Shown piece by piece: positions 38,340 through 49,836 of a stretch of 64,000 bases of DNA (the stretch's first letter is position 1; every line of letters begins with the position of its first letter). The stretch spans positions 16,416 to 80,415 of the forward strand of contig DASYJY010000155.1 of the NCBI GenBank assembly GCA_035995985.1, given 5' to 3'. A program made the translations under genes and the position numbers. The stretch is from Thermoanaerobaculia bacterium (GTDB lineage Bacteria > Acidobacteriota > Thermoanaerobaculia > Gp7-AA8). The notes under the pieces were generated by a model. The model saw nothing but the letters and a program-made list of their open reading frames with translations. It was not told where the DNA came from and searched no databases.

Positions 38340-39329
38340 ATGCCCGCGGTCCCGATCTCCGAAATCGTCGCGCACGCAGGCGGCCGCTATGACGGTCCGG
38401 CCGGCCGGATGATCGAAGGCGTGGCGCCGCTCGCGGACGCGAGCGAGACGCAGCTGGCCTTTCTGTCCAATCCCAAATACGCGCCGCAGCTCGCGTCGAC
38501 GAAGGCCGCGGCGATCCTCGTGCCCGAAAATACCGCCGGCGATGATGACCGTTTCATCCGTGTCGGCGATCCGTACTTCGCGGTCGCGCAGATCCTGACG
38601 AAATTCTTCGCGTTCCGTTCAGTGCCCGACGGAATCTCGCCGCGCGCCTCGATCGCGGCGACGGCGAGAATCGGCGAAGGCGTTTCCGTCGGACCCTTTT
38701 CCACGATTGCGGACGACGTCATCCTCGGCGACGGTGTGATCGTCTTTCAGAACGTCTCCATCGAAGCCGGCTCGGTCATCGGAGATGGCACGATCATCTA
38801 TCCGCACGTTTCGATCTACGAACGCTCGATCGTCGGCCGGCGCTGCATCATTCACAGCGACACCGTGATCGGCGCGGATGGTTACGGCTTCGCCACGCAT
38901 GGCGGACGGCATCACAAGATCCCGCAGATCGGCATCGTGCGCATCGGCGATGACGTCGAGATCGGCGCCGGCTGCACGATCGACCGCGCCGCGCTCGGCG
39001 AGACGTCGATCGGCGACGGGACCAAGATCGACGACCAGGTGATGATCGCGCACAACGTGAAGGTCGGAAAGCACTGCCTGCTCGTCGCGCAGGTCGGCAT
39101 CGCCGGCTCGACGGAACTTGGCGACTACGTCGTCGTGGCCGGCCAGTCCGGGTTCGCCGGCCACCTCACCATCGGCAGCCGCGTCCAGGTTGCCGCAAAA
39201 AGCGCGGTGCTCGGCGATGTCGGAGAAGGCGAGAAAGTGATGGGCATTCCTGCGGTACCGTTCCGCGAATTCGCGCGCCGCGAAGCGATGATGCGCCGCA
39301 TGGCGCGGCGCACTACGGAGAAGAAATGA
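38340..39329 (+). CDS. lpxD: UDP-3-O-acylglucosamine N-acyltransferase
   Basis: MPAVPISEIVAHAGG N-terminus and hexapeptide repeats. Alternative starts are TTG 38313 and ATG 38328. Confidence 0.9.
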   Translation: MPAVPISEIVAHAGGRYDGPAGRMIEGVAPLADASETQLAFLSNPKYAPQLASTKAAAILVPENTAGDDDRFIRVGDPYFAVAQILTKFFAFRSVPDGISPRASIAATARIGEGVSVGPFSTIADDVILGDGVIVFQNVSIEAGSVIGDGTIIYPHVSIYERSIVGRRCIIHSDTVIGADGYGFATHGGRHHKIPQIGIVRIGDDVEIGAGCTIDRAALGETSIGDGTKIDDQVMIAHNVKVGKHCLLVAQVGIAGSTELGDYVVVAGQSGFAGHLTIGSRVQVAAKSAVLGDVGEGEKVMGIPAVPFREFARREAMMRRMARRTTEKK

Positions 39330-39769
39330 GCGTCCTCACCATCACCGAAATTATGAAGCTGCTGCCGCATCGCTATCCGATGCTGCTGGTCGACCGCGTG
39401 GTCGAGATCGAAGACGGCAAGCGCATCGTCGGCCTGAAAAACGTCTCGGCCAACGAGCAGTTCTTCCAGGGGCACTTTCCCGGCAATCCCGTCATGCCCG
39501 GCGTCCTCATCGTCGAGGCGATGGCGCAATGCGCGGCCATCCTCGGCCTTCGCGAAATGCCCGACCGCGAGAAAAAGCTGTTCCTCTTCGGCGGCGTCGA
39601 CAAGGCACGGTTCCGGCGCCCGGTCGTTCCCGGCGATCAGCTGAAGCTCGAGTGCGTCGTTCTCCACCGCCGCGCCACCTCGGTGAAAATCCATGGCAAG
39701 GCAACCGTCGACGGCCAACTGGTTGCTGAGGCCGAGCTGTTCAGCGTCTTGATCGACAGACCCGAGTGA
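39326..39769 (+). CDS. fabZ: 3-hydroxyacyl-ACP dehydratase
   Basis: LLPHRYPMLLVDRV and FFQGHFPGNPVMPGVL. ATGA overlap with lpxD. Confidence 0.95.
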   Translation: MSVLTITEIMKLLPHRYPMLLVDRVVEIEDGKRIVGLKNVSANEQFFQGHFPGNPVMPGVLIVEAMAQCAAILGLREMPDREKKLFLFGGVDKARFRRPVVPGDQLKLECVVLHRRATSVKIHGKATVDGQLVAEAELFSVLIDRPE

Positions 39770-40554
39770 TGACGATGCCGGAAATCGACTCGACAGCAAT
39801 CGTCAGCTCCAACGCCCTTCTCGCGCCCGACGTCGTCGTCGGCGCGTATGCAGTCATCGGCGCGAACGTCACGATCGGCAGCGGCTGCGTCATCGGTCCG
39901 TTCACGCGCATCGAAGGTCCGACCGCGATCGGCGAGCGCAACCAGTTCTACGGCCATGCATCGATCGGCGGCCCGCCGCAGGACCTCAAATACAAAGGCG
40001 AGCACACCGAGCTGGCCATCGGTAACGACAACGTCTTCCGCGAGTTCGTCACCATCAATCGCGGCACCACCGGCGGCGGCGGCAAAACGTCGATCGGCAA
40101 CGAGAACTTTTTCATGGCCTACTCGCACGTCGCGCACGATTGCCATGTCGGCTCGCACACGATCTTCGCCAACAACGCCACGCTGGCCGGCCACGTCGAG
40201 ATCGCCGATCACGCCACGATCGGCGCGTTCAGCGCCGTGCACCAGTTCTGCCGCGTCGGCGAGCACGCCTTCGTCGGCGGCGGCTCGATGATCACGCAGG
40301 ACGTGATGCCGTACGCGAAGACCGTGGCCAGCCGCGACAACCGCTCGTATGGCATCAACACCATCGGCCTGGAGCGGAAAGGTTTTTCGAAGGAAACAGT
40401 CGAAGCGTTGCAGCGCGCCTACAAACTCCTGATCCGCTCGAAACTGCGCGCCGACGAAGCGCTGCAGAAGATCGAAGACGAGCTCGGACTGTTCCCCGAG
40501 GCGCGGTATCTGGTCGAGTTCGTGCGCGCGTCGAAGCGGGGCATCATCCGATGA
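39766..40554 (+). CDS. lpxA: acyl-ACP--UDP-N-acetylglucosamine O-acyltransferase
   Basis: Hexapeptide repeats. MAYSHVAHDCHVGSHTIFANNATLAGH. Overlaps the fabZ stop. Confidence 0.95.
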   Translation: MMTMPEIDSTAIVSSNALLAPDVVVGAYAVIGANVTIGSGCVIGPFTRIEGPTAIGERNQFYGHASIGGPPQDLKYKGEHTELAIGNDNVFREFVTINRGTTGGGGKTSIGNENFFMAYSHVAHDCHVGSHTIFANNATLAGHVEIADHATIGAFSAVHQFCRVGEHAFVGGGSMITQDVMPYAKTVASRDNRSYGINTIGLERKGFSKETVEALQRAYKLLIRSKLRADEALQKIEDELGLFPEARYLVEFVRASKRGIIR

Positions 40555-41585
40555 GTGAATCAGGGACGAGGGACGAGGGACGAGGGAAAGACAAATCCGG
40601 AGCGGCTCAAAGTGAGGTTCAAACGTTCCCTCGTCCCTCGTCCCTCGTCCCTGCCGTCGGTGTCGTCGGCACCGGCTACCTCGGCCGGCTGCACGCGCGG
40701 ATCCTGACGGAGATGGCGGAAGCGGAAGTCATCGGCTTCGTCGAGCCGGATGACGCGATCGCAGCAGACATCGCCGAAACTCTGAAACTGAAGCGCTTCG
40801 ATTCCGTGGCCGCGCTTGCACGCGAGATCGACTGTGCCGTCGTCGCCACTCCCACCACGACCCATTTCGACGTCGCCCGCGAACTCCTCGAAGCCGGGTG
40901 CGACGTGATGGTCGAGAAGCCGATCACACCGACGGTTGACGACGCGCGGCGCCTTATCGACATCGCGAATTCGAACAATCGCATCCTCCAGGTCGGCCAC
41001 GTCGAGCGCTACAACCCGGCCATCACCGCGGTCGCCCCGATTCTAAAGAACGTTCTCTACGTCGAAGCCGAACGCCTCGGCGTTTTCGTCGGCCGTTCGC
41101 TCGACATCGACGTGCTTCTCGACCTGATGATCCACGACCTCAACCTCGTCCTCTCCTTCCTCGGCCAGCGCGTCGTCGACGTACGCGCGGTCGGCGTGGC
41201 GGTGATGACGGAGAAGGTGGACATCACCAACGTCCGCATCGAGTTCGAGAACGGCGCCGTCGCCAACCTCACCGCCAGCCGCGTCTCGCAGGACCGCGTC
41301 CGAAAAATCCGCTTCTTCAGCCGCGAGGCGTACATCTCCGTCGACACGAAAGAGCAGGAAGTGAAGGGCTACCGGCTGGCCGGAAAAACGGTGCTGCCGA
41401 TCGACGTCACCGTCACGAAGCAGGAGCCGTTGCGCGCCGAGTTGGAAGCGTTCGTGGAGTGCGTTCGCACCCGCACGCGGCCCCTCGTGAGCGGCGAGGA
41501 TGGATTGGCGGCGGTAGAACTGGCGATCCGCGTGGCGAAGGCAATCGAGGAATCGCTTCGGCGGTTTCAAATCCCCGAATCCTGA
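40551..41585 (+). CDS. Gfo/Idh/MocA family NAD-dependent oxidoreductase (GnnA-like position in the lipid A cluster)
   Basis: ATG 40551 overlaps the lpxA stop (ATGA). Rossmann motif VGVVGTGYLGRLHA at aa ~36. EKPI motif (VMVEKPITPT). The ORF-track start at 40140 is rejected. Confidence 0.8.
   Translation: MSESGTRDEGRGKDKSGAAQSEVQTFPRPSSLVPAVGVVGTGYLGRLHARILTEMAEAEVIGFVEPDDAIAADIAETLKLKRFDSVAALAREIDCAVVATPTTTHFDVARELLEAGCDVMVEKPITPTVDDARRLIDIANSNNRILQVGHVERYNPAITAVAPILKNVLYVEAERLGVFVGRSLDIDVLLDLMIHDLNLVLSFLGQRVVDVRAVGVAVMTEKVDITNVRIEFENGAVANLTASRVSQDRVRKIRFFSREAYISVDTKEQEVKGYRLAGKTVLPIDVTVTKQEPLRAELEAFVECVRTRTRPLVSGEDGLAAVELAIRVAKAIEESLRRFQIPES
40561..40653. repeat. perfect 28-nt inverted repeat made of GGGACGA heptamers (hairpin or G-quadruplex motif) inside coding sequence
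   Basis: The left arm caGGGacgaGGGacgaGGGacgaGGGaa (40561-40588) is the exact reverse complement of ttCCCtcgtCCCtcgtCCCtcgtCCCtg (40626-40653). The loop is 37 nt. Confidence 0.95.
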
Positions 41586-41706
41586 CTGGCCCGCGAAGCG
41601 AGCCTCGTCAGGATCTCCGGTGATACCGCTCAAACCCAACTACAAAATGCAATTCCCGCGGCGCCACCGGAGATCCTGACGGCCCGCTTCGCGGCCCGCA
41701 GGATTG
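41578..41706. repeat. long imperfect inverted repeat filling the convergent intergenic region (probable bidirectional terminator or REP-like element)
   Basis: Core gtcaggatctccggtg (41607-41622) pairs perfectly with caccggagatcctgac (41665-41680). The flanks aatcctgactggcccgcgaagcgagcctc and ggcccgcttcgcggcccgcaggatt pair with a few mismatches or indels. The loop is 42 nt. Confidence 0.7.
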
Positions 41707-41716
41707 GGATTTCGCC

Positions 41717-43596
<1,880 letters not shown>

Positions 43597-43608
43597 AATC
43601 CGCCCACC

Positions 43609-45570
<1,962 letters not shown>

Positions 45571-45575
45571 CTCTG

Positions 45576-46271
45576 ATGCCGACCGCGCTCATTACCGGCG
45601 GCGCCCGCGGCATCGGACACGCGGTTGTGGAGCGTCTCGCGCGCGATGGCTGGAACGTCGCGTTCACGTACGTGGCGTCGACCGATCTTCCGGACGGTCT
45701 GGCGTTGCAGGGCGACGTGCGCGATGGAACGCGCAACGCGGCAATCGTCGAGGAAGTGATCGCGAAATTCGGATCGCTTGACGCGCTCGTGAACAACGCC
45801 GGCATCCGCCGCGATGCGCTCCTCTACAACATGACCGATGACGACTGGCGCGATGTGATGCAGACGAACCTCGACGGCGCGATGTCGATGACGAAGTCCG
45901 CGCTGACGCCGATGATGAAGCAGCGCCGCGGCGCGATCGTCAACGTCGCATCCCTCAGCGGATTGCACGGAGTCGTCGGCCAGACCAACTACGCCGCCGC
46001 GAAAGGCGCGCTGATCGCGATGACGAAATCGCTGGCACGCGAAGTCGCCCGCAGCGGCATCCGCGTCAATTGCGTCGCGCCGGGCCTCGTCGAGACCGAC
46101 ATGATCGCCACGCTCGACGCCGAGGTGAAGAAAGAGATGATTCGCGCCATCCCGATGCGCAGGGCGGTGAAGCCGGCGGAGGTCGCGTCCACGATCGCCT
46201 TCCTACTCGGCGATGACGCGAGCGCGATCACGGGGCAGGTGGTCTGCGTGGATGGCGGGGCGTCGGCGTAA
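45576..46271 (+). CDS. short-chain dehydrogenase, 3-oxoacyl-ACP reductase-like
   Basis: TGGARGIGHAV, NNAGI and YAAAKGA (YxxxK). Confidence 0.85.
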   Translation: MPTALITGGARGIGHAVVERLARDGWNVAFTYVASTDLPDGLALQGDVRDGTRNAAIVEEVIAKFGSLDALVNNAGIRRDALLYNMTDDDWRDVMQTNLDGAMSMTKSALTPMMKQRRGAIVNVASLSGLHGVVGQTNYAAAKGALIAMTKSLAREVARSGIRVNCVAPGLVETDMIATLDAEVKKEMIRAIPMRRAVKPAEVASTIAFLLGDDASAITGQVVCVDGGASA

Positions 46272-46385
46272 GCGGTCCTGAAACGTCGAACGCCTTCAAT
46301 GCCTTACGCTGAGCTTCGATTTCCCTCTCAACTTGGCCTCCCGCTTGCGATACACAGCCCCAGCACCGCAAGAAAAGGAGACTCT

Positions 46386-47021
46386 ATGTTCAATACAAAG
46401 CGTTTCGCCCGCAACATGGCACTGGCTGGAGCGTTGCCGCTTCTGGTCGCATCGTCCGCTTTCGCGCAATATGGAAACTATCCGGGGACATACCGCACGG
46501 CCAACCGCGGATACGCCAATCGCACCGTTGAAGGTACGGTCGCGTCTGTCGCCGTTGCCCGCAATGGAGGCGAACACGTCCGCCTGACGAACGGAATGGA
46601 TGTGGTCGTCCCGCCGTCGATCACCGGGATGTATCAGAACCGGCGTTATCAGGCCGCCATGCTCGTGCCTGGCGACGTCGTCCGACTCAACGTCTACAGC
46701 CGTGAAGGCGATGGACGCGACGCGCAGGTTCGCTCGATGGAGATCCTGTCGCGTTACAGCAACAACGGCTACGGCAACAACGGCAATAACGGATACCGCA
46801 ACGGTAACAACGGCTACAACGATCGTCTGATCACAGGCACCGTCGTTTCGTACGACCGCCGCAGCAATCTGGCAGTCATCCAGACTAACAACGGCCGCAC
46901 GGTCAATGTCAACGTCAACGCGTACGGCGGCCGCAACGCCTTCCGCCGCGGCGACCGCGTCAACATCTCCGGCCGGATGGACCGCGGCACGTTCATCGCC
47001 GACGGCATCCGCGTTCAGTAA
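46386..47021 (+). CDS. hypothetical secreted protein with internal Asn/Gly/Tyr low-complexity linker
   Basis: ATG 46386 follows AAAGGAG. Signal peptide MFNTKRFARNMALAGALPLLVASSAFAQ. Two similar beta-rich halves are separated by YSNNGYGNNGNNGYRNGNNGYN. Confidence 0.6.
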   Translation: MFNTKRFARNMALAGALPLLVASSAFAQYGNYPGTYRTANRGYANRTVEGTVASVAVARNGGEHVRLTNGMDVVVPPSITGMYQNRRYQAAMLVPGDVVRLNVYSREGDGRDAQVRSMEILSRYSNNGYGNNGNNGYRNGNNGYNDRLITGTVVSYDRRSNLAVIQTNNGRTVNVNVNAYGGRNAFRRGDRVNISGRMDRGTFIADGIRVQ

Positions 47022-47044
47022 ACGTTTCTTTTCGCAGTTCGAAA

Positions 47045-47079
47045 ACGCCGGAGGGCTTCGCGCCCTCCGGCTTTTTTTG
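47045..47079 (+). terminator. rho-independent terminator
   Basis: gccggagggc-ttcgc-gccctccggc followed by ttttttt. Confidence 0.8.
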
Positions 47080-47132
47080 CGCCGCACGACGTCTCCGGAA
47101 TGGTCTACGATCACCGTTCTTAGGAGATTTCG

Positions 47133-49025
47133 ATGAAGCGATCTGCATTCCTTCTGGCGCTGCTCCTCACGGCCTTCGCGCTTTCCGCCGCACCGATCAC
47201 GTTGCGCGTCGATGCGACAAATGTGGCGTCGAACATCTACCACGCGCACCTCAACATTCCGGCCGCGCCTGGCCCGATGACGCTCTTCTATCCGAAATGG
47301 ATCCCCGGCGAGCATGGGCCCACCGGACCGATCAATGGTCTGGCCGGGTTGCGCATCACCGCGAATGGACAGCCTGTGACGTGGCTTCGCGATCCGGTGG
47401 AGATGTTCGCGCTTAATGTGGACGTTCCGGCCGGCGCGACGTCGCTCGACGTCGACCTCGACTTCCTCGCGCCCGCGCCCGGCGCGAATTTCACCGCCGG
47501 CGCGTCAACCACTCCTCGGCTCGCGCTACTCAGCTGGAACACCGTCCTTCTTTACCCACGCGGTGTGGCCAGCGACACGATTCAGGTCGATGCCTCGCTG
47601 CGAATCCCGGCCGGCTGGCTTTATGCGACCGCGCTGGAGACCCGCGGACGCACCGGCGACGAGATCCACTTCGAGCCAGCCACGCTCACCACAGTCGTCG
47701 ACTCGCCCGTTGAGATCGGACAGGTGCTGCGCAAGATCGATCTGGTCAGCAATTCGCCGCTGCGTCACACACTGAACCTGCTGTCGGACAGTGCCGAGGC
47801 GACTGTGACACCGGATGACTTCGCGACGCAGTATGGAAGGCTCGTCGACGAAACCACGGCCGTCTTCGGCGCGAATCACTATCGCCACTACGACTGGCTG
47901 CTCACGCTCAGCGACAACGTCGCGCACTTCGGACTCGAACATCACGAGTCGAGCGACGACCGCGTCGAAGAATCGACTCTACGCGAGGACACAAGCCGCA
48001 AGTGGGTTTCGGGCCTGATGGCGCACGAGTTCGTTCACTCGTGGAACGGCAAGTATCGCCGTCCGGCCGGTCTGGCCACGAACAATTACGACAAGCCGAT
48101 GACCGGCGAGCTCCTCTGGGTCTACGAAGGCCTCACCGAATACCTCGGCGATCTTCTTCCGGTACGCAGCGGAATCCTGAGTGCCGACGACTATCGCGAA
48201 AATCTGGCGTTGACCGCCGCCCAGATGACGCAGCACGTCGGACGCACATGGCGTCCGCTGCTCGACACCGCCGTCGCCGCGCAGCTGTTGTACGAGGCAC
48301 CGGGAGCATCGACCAACTGGCGCCGCAGCGTCGACTACTACCCCGAAGGCGAGCTGCTGTGGCTCGACGCCGACATGACCATCCGTTCGGTCACCGGCGG
48401 GAAGAAGTCGCTCGACGATTTCACGCGTTCGTTCTACGGCGGCGCCACCGGGCATGCTGATCTCAAGCCGTACACGTTCGACGACATCGTGAACGCGCTG
48501 AACGCCGTCGCTCCGTACGACTGGCGCGCATTTCTGAACCAACGCCTGACGTCAATGTCCGCGACGCCTCCGCTCGGTGGCATCGAGCAATCCGGCTGGC
48601 ATCTCATCTACAACGACAAGCCGAATACCGCGCTGCAGTATCAGGAAGGGCGATCCAAAGGCGCGGATCTCAACGCGTCCCTCGGCTTCAAAATCCGCGA
48701 CAACGGCTCGATCGGCGACGTCGTCCCGGAGTCGATCGCCGCCCGCGCCGGCATTGCGCCGGGAGCGCGAATTGTCGCCGTCAACGGCCGCGCGTACAGC
48801 ACCGCGCGGTTGCGCGACGCGTTGAAAGCGTCCAGCAAGGCCACGACGCCGATGACGCTCATCGTGCAGAACGGCGAGTTCTTCACGACGGCATCAATCG
48901 ATTATCACGGCGGCGAACGCTATCCCCATCTTGAGCGGACGACGGGCAAGCCGGATTGGATGGAGACGCTGATCAAGCCGCTCGCACCACCAGCGCCAGC
49001 GCCAGCGGTTGCGAAGAAAAAGTGA
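47133..49025 (+). CDS. M61 family (glycyl aminopeptidase-like) metallopeptidase with C-terminal PDZ domain, secreted
   Basis: AGGAG SD. Signal peptide. HEFVHSWNGK zinc motif. PDZ-like GDVVPESIAARAGIAPGARIVAVNG. Confidence 0.85.
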   Translation: MKRSAFLLALLLTAFALSAAPITLRVDATNVASNIYHAHLNIPAAPGPMTLFYPKWIPGEHGPTGPINGLAGLRITANGQPVTWLRDPVEMFALNVDVPAGATSLDVDLDFLAPAPGANFTAGASTTPRLALLSWNTVLLYPRGVASDTIQVDASLRIPAGWLYATALETRGRTGDEIHFEPATLTTVVDSPVEIGQVLRKIDLVSNSPLRHTLNLLSDSAEATVTPDDFATQYGRLVDETTAVFGANHYRHYDWLLTLSDNVAHFGLEHHESSDDRVEESTLREDTSRKWVSGLMAHEFVHSWNGKYRRPAGLATNNYDKPMTGELLWVYEGLTEYLGDLLPVRSGILSADDYRENLALTAAQMTQHVGRTWRPLLDTAVAAQLLYEAPGASTNWRRSVDYYPEGELLWLDADMTIRSVTGGKKSLDDFTRSFYGGATGHADLKPYTFDDIVNALNAVAPYDWRAFLNQRLTSMSATPPLGGIEQSGWHLIYNDKPNTALQYQEGRSKGADLNASLGFKIRDNGSIGDVVPESIAARAGIAPGARIVAVNGRAYSTARLRDALKASSKATTPMTLIVQNGEFFTTASIDYHGGERYPHLERTTGKPDWMETLIKPLAPPAPAPAVAKKK

Positions 49026-49046
49026 AGTAGATCGACTAATCCACTG

Positions 49047-49077
49047 CCAAACGAAAAGGGCGCGGTCGCCCGCGCCC
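49047..49077 (-). terminator. rho-independent terminator of the minus-strand lipoprotein gene (the hairpin also closes the plus-strand gene)
   Basis: gggcgcgg-tcgc-ccgcgccc at 49058-49077. The minus strand continues with ttttcgttt. Confidence 0.6.
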
Positions 49078-49105
49078 TGCCGTACTGCGTTAACCGACCA
49101 GCGAA

Positions 49106-49732
49106 TTAGTCTTTGTGCATCCGGCGATGATGCTTCGTGGTCGTCTTGGCCGTCGTGTCGGTAGTGGTAGTCGTGGTGTCGGTCGTGGTCGACTGCGTTT
49201 CCGTGGTGCTGGAACTCATCGGAGCGGGCGTCTCCACAATTACGGGAGCCGGAGCCGGCGTCTCGACGATCACAGGCGTCGGTGCCGTTTCGACGACGAC
49301 GGGGGCAGGCGCCGGCGTAATCACCGTCGTCTCCGTCGTCTCGACCGTCGCCGGCGACTGCGTGACGACTACGTTCGAGCTGCTGCTCTTGGGGATGAGG
49401 TTTACGTTCGTGTTCGTGCCGATGCCGGAGCCGTTGCCGGTCGCGCCGACCGAGCTGCTCGTGTAGGCGCGTCCGCTGTTGTCAACCGCCGCCGGGCCGG
49501 AGATCACTGCCGGAGTGGAGGAGGTGCCGACGCCTTCCGTGTTTGCGGGCGCCTGAACCGTCCCCACCGTCGCTCCACTCACATCCGCGGTGGCCGGCGC
49601 CTCAGTGCGGATCTGGCCGTATCCCTGCGCATCCGCCGCTACATCGTGGTGTGCACATGCGCTCATCGCGATTACGAGCGCCGCCGACCCCAAGCCGGCA
49701 ACTGCTTTCTTAAGAATCGATTCTGTTCTCAT
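49106..49732 (-). CDS. hypothetical lipoprotein, Thr/Pro/Val-rich with tandem PAPxPV(I/V)VET repeats
   Basis: ATG 49732 follows AGGAGCAGGAA. Lipobox LVIAMSAC. C-terminal repeats PAPAPVVVET / APTPVIVET / PAPAPVIVET, then a poly-Thr stretch and a basic KHHRRMHKD end. Confidence 0.6.
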   Translation of the reverse strand: MRTESILKKAVAGLGSAALVIAMSACAHHDVAADAQGYGQIRTEAPATADVSGATVGTVQAPANTEGVGTSSTPAVISGPAAVDNSGRAYTSSSVGATGNGSGIGTNTNVNLIPKSSSSNVVVTQSPATVETTETTVITPAPAPVVVETAPTPVIVETPAPAPVIVETPAPMSSSTTETQSTTTDTTTTTTDTTAKTTTKHHRRMHKD

Positions 49733-49836
49733 TTTCCTGCTCCTTGCTGCCTTCGAACGGCAGCCGTCAATGCCTTGCGGCAGTGAACGGAAGAGCAACT
49801 AGCTTGCCTGAATTGATTTCAATAACATGTGTCGCC

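Noticed and set aside
40140-40550. Upstream extension of the oxidoreductase ORF (track start 40140).
   Set aside because: It lies inside lpxA in a different frame. ATG 40551 overlapping the lpxA stop is the natural start.
40563-40586. GGGACGA heptamer array considered as a CRISPR or microsatellite locus.
   Set aside because: There are only three to four contiguous 7-nt units with no spacers, mirrored by an inverted copy. It is a palindrome, not a CRISPR array.
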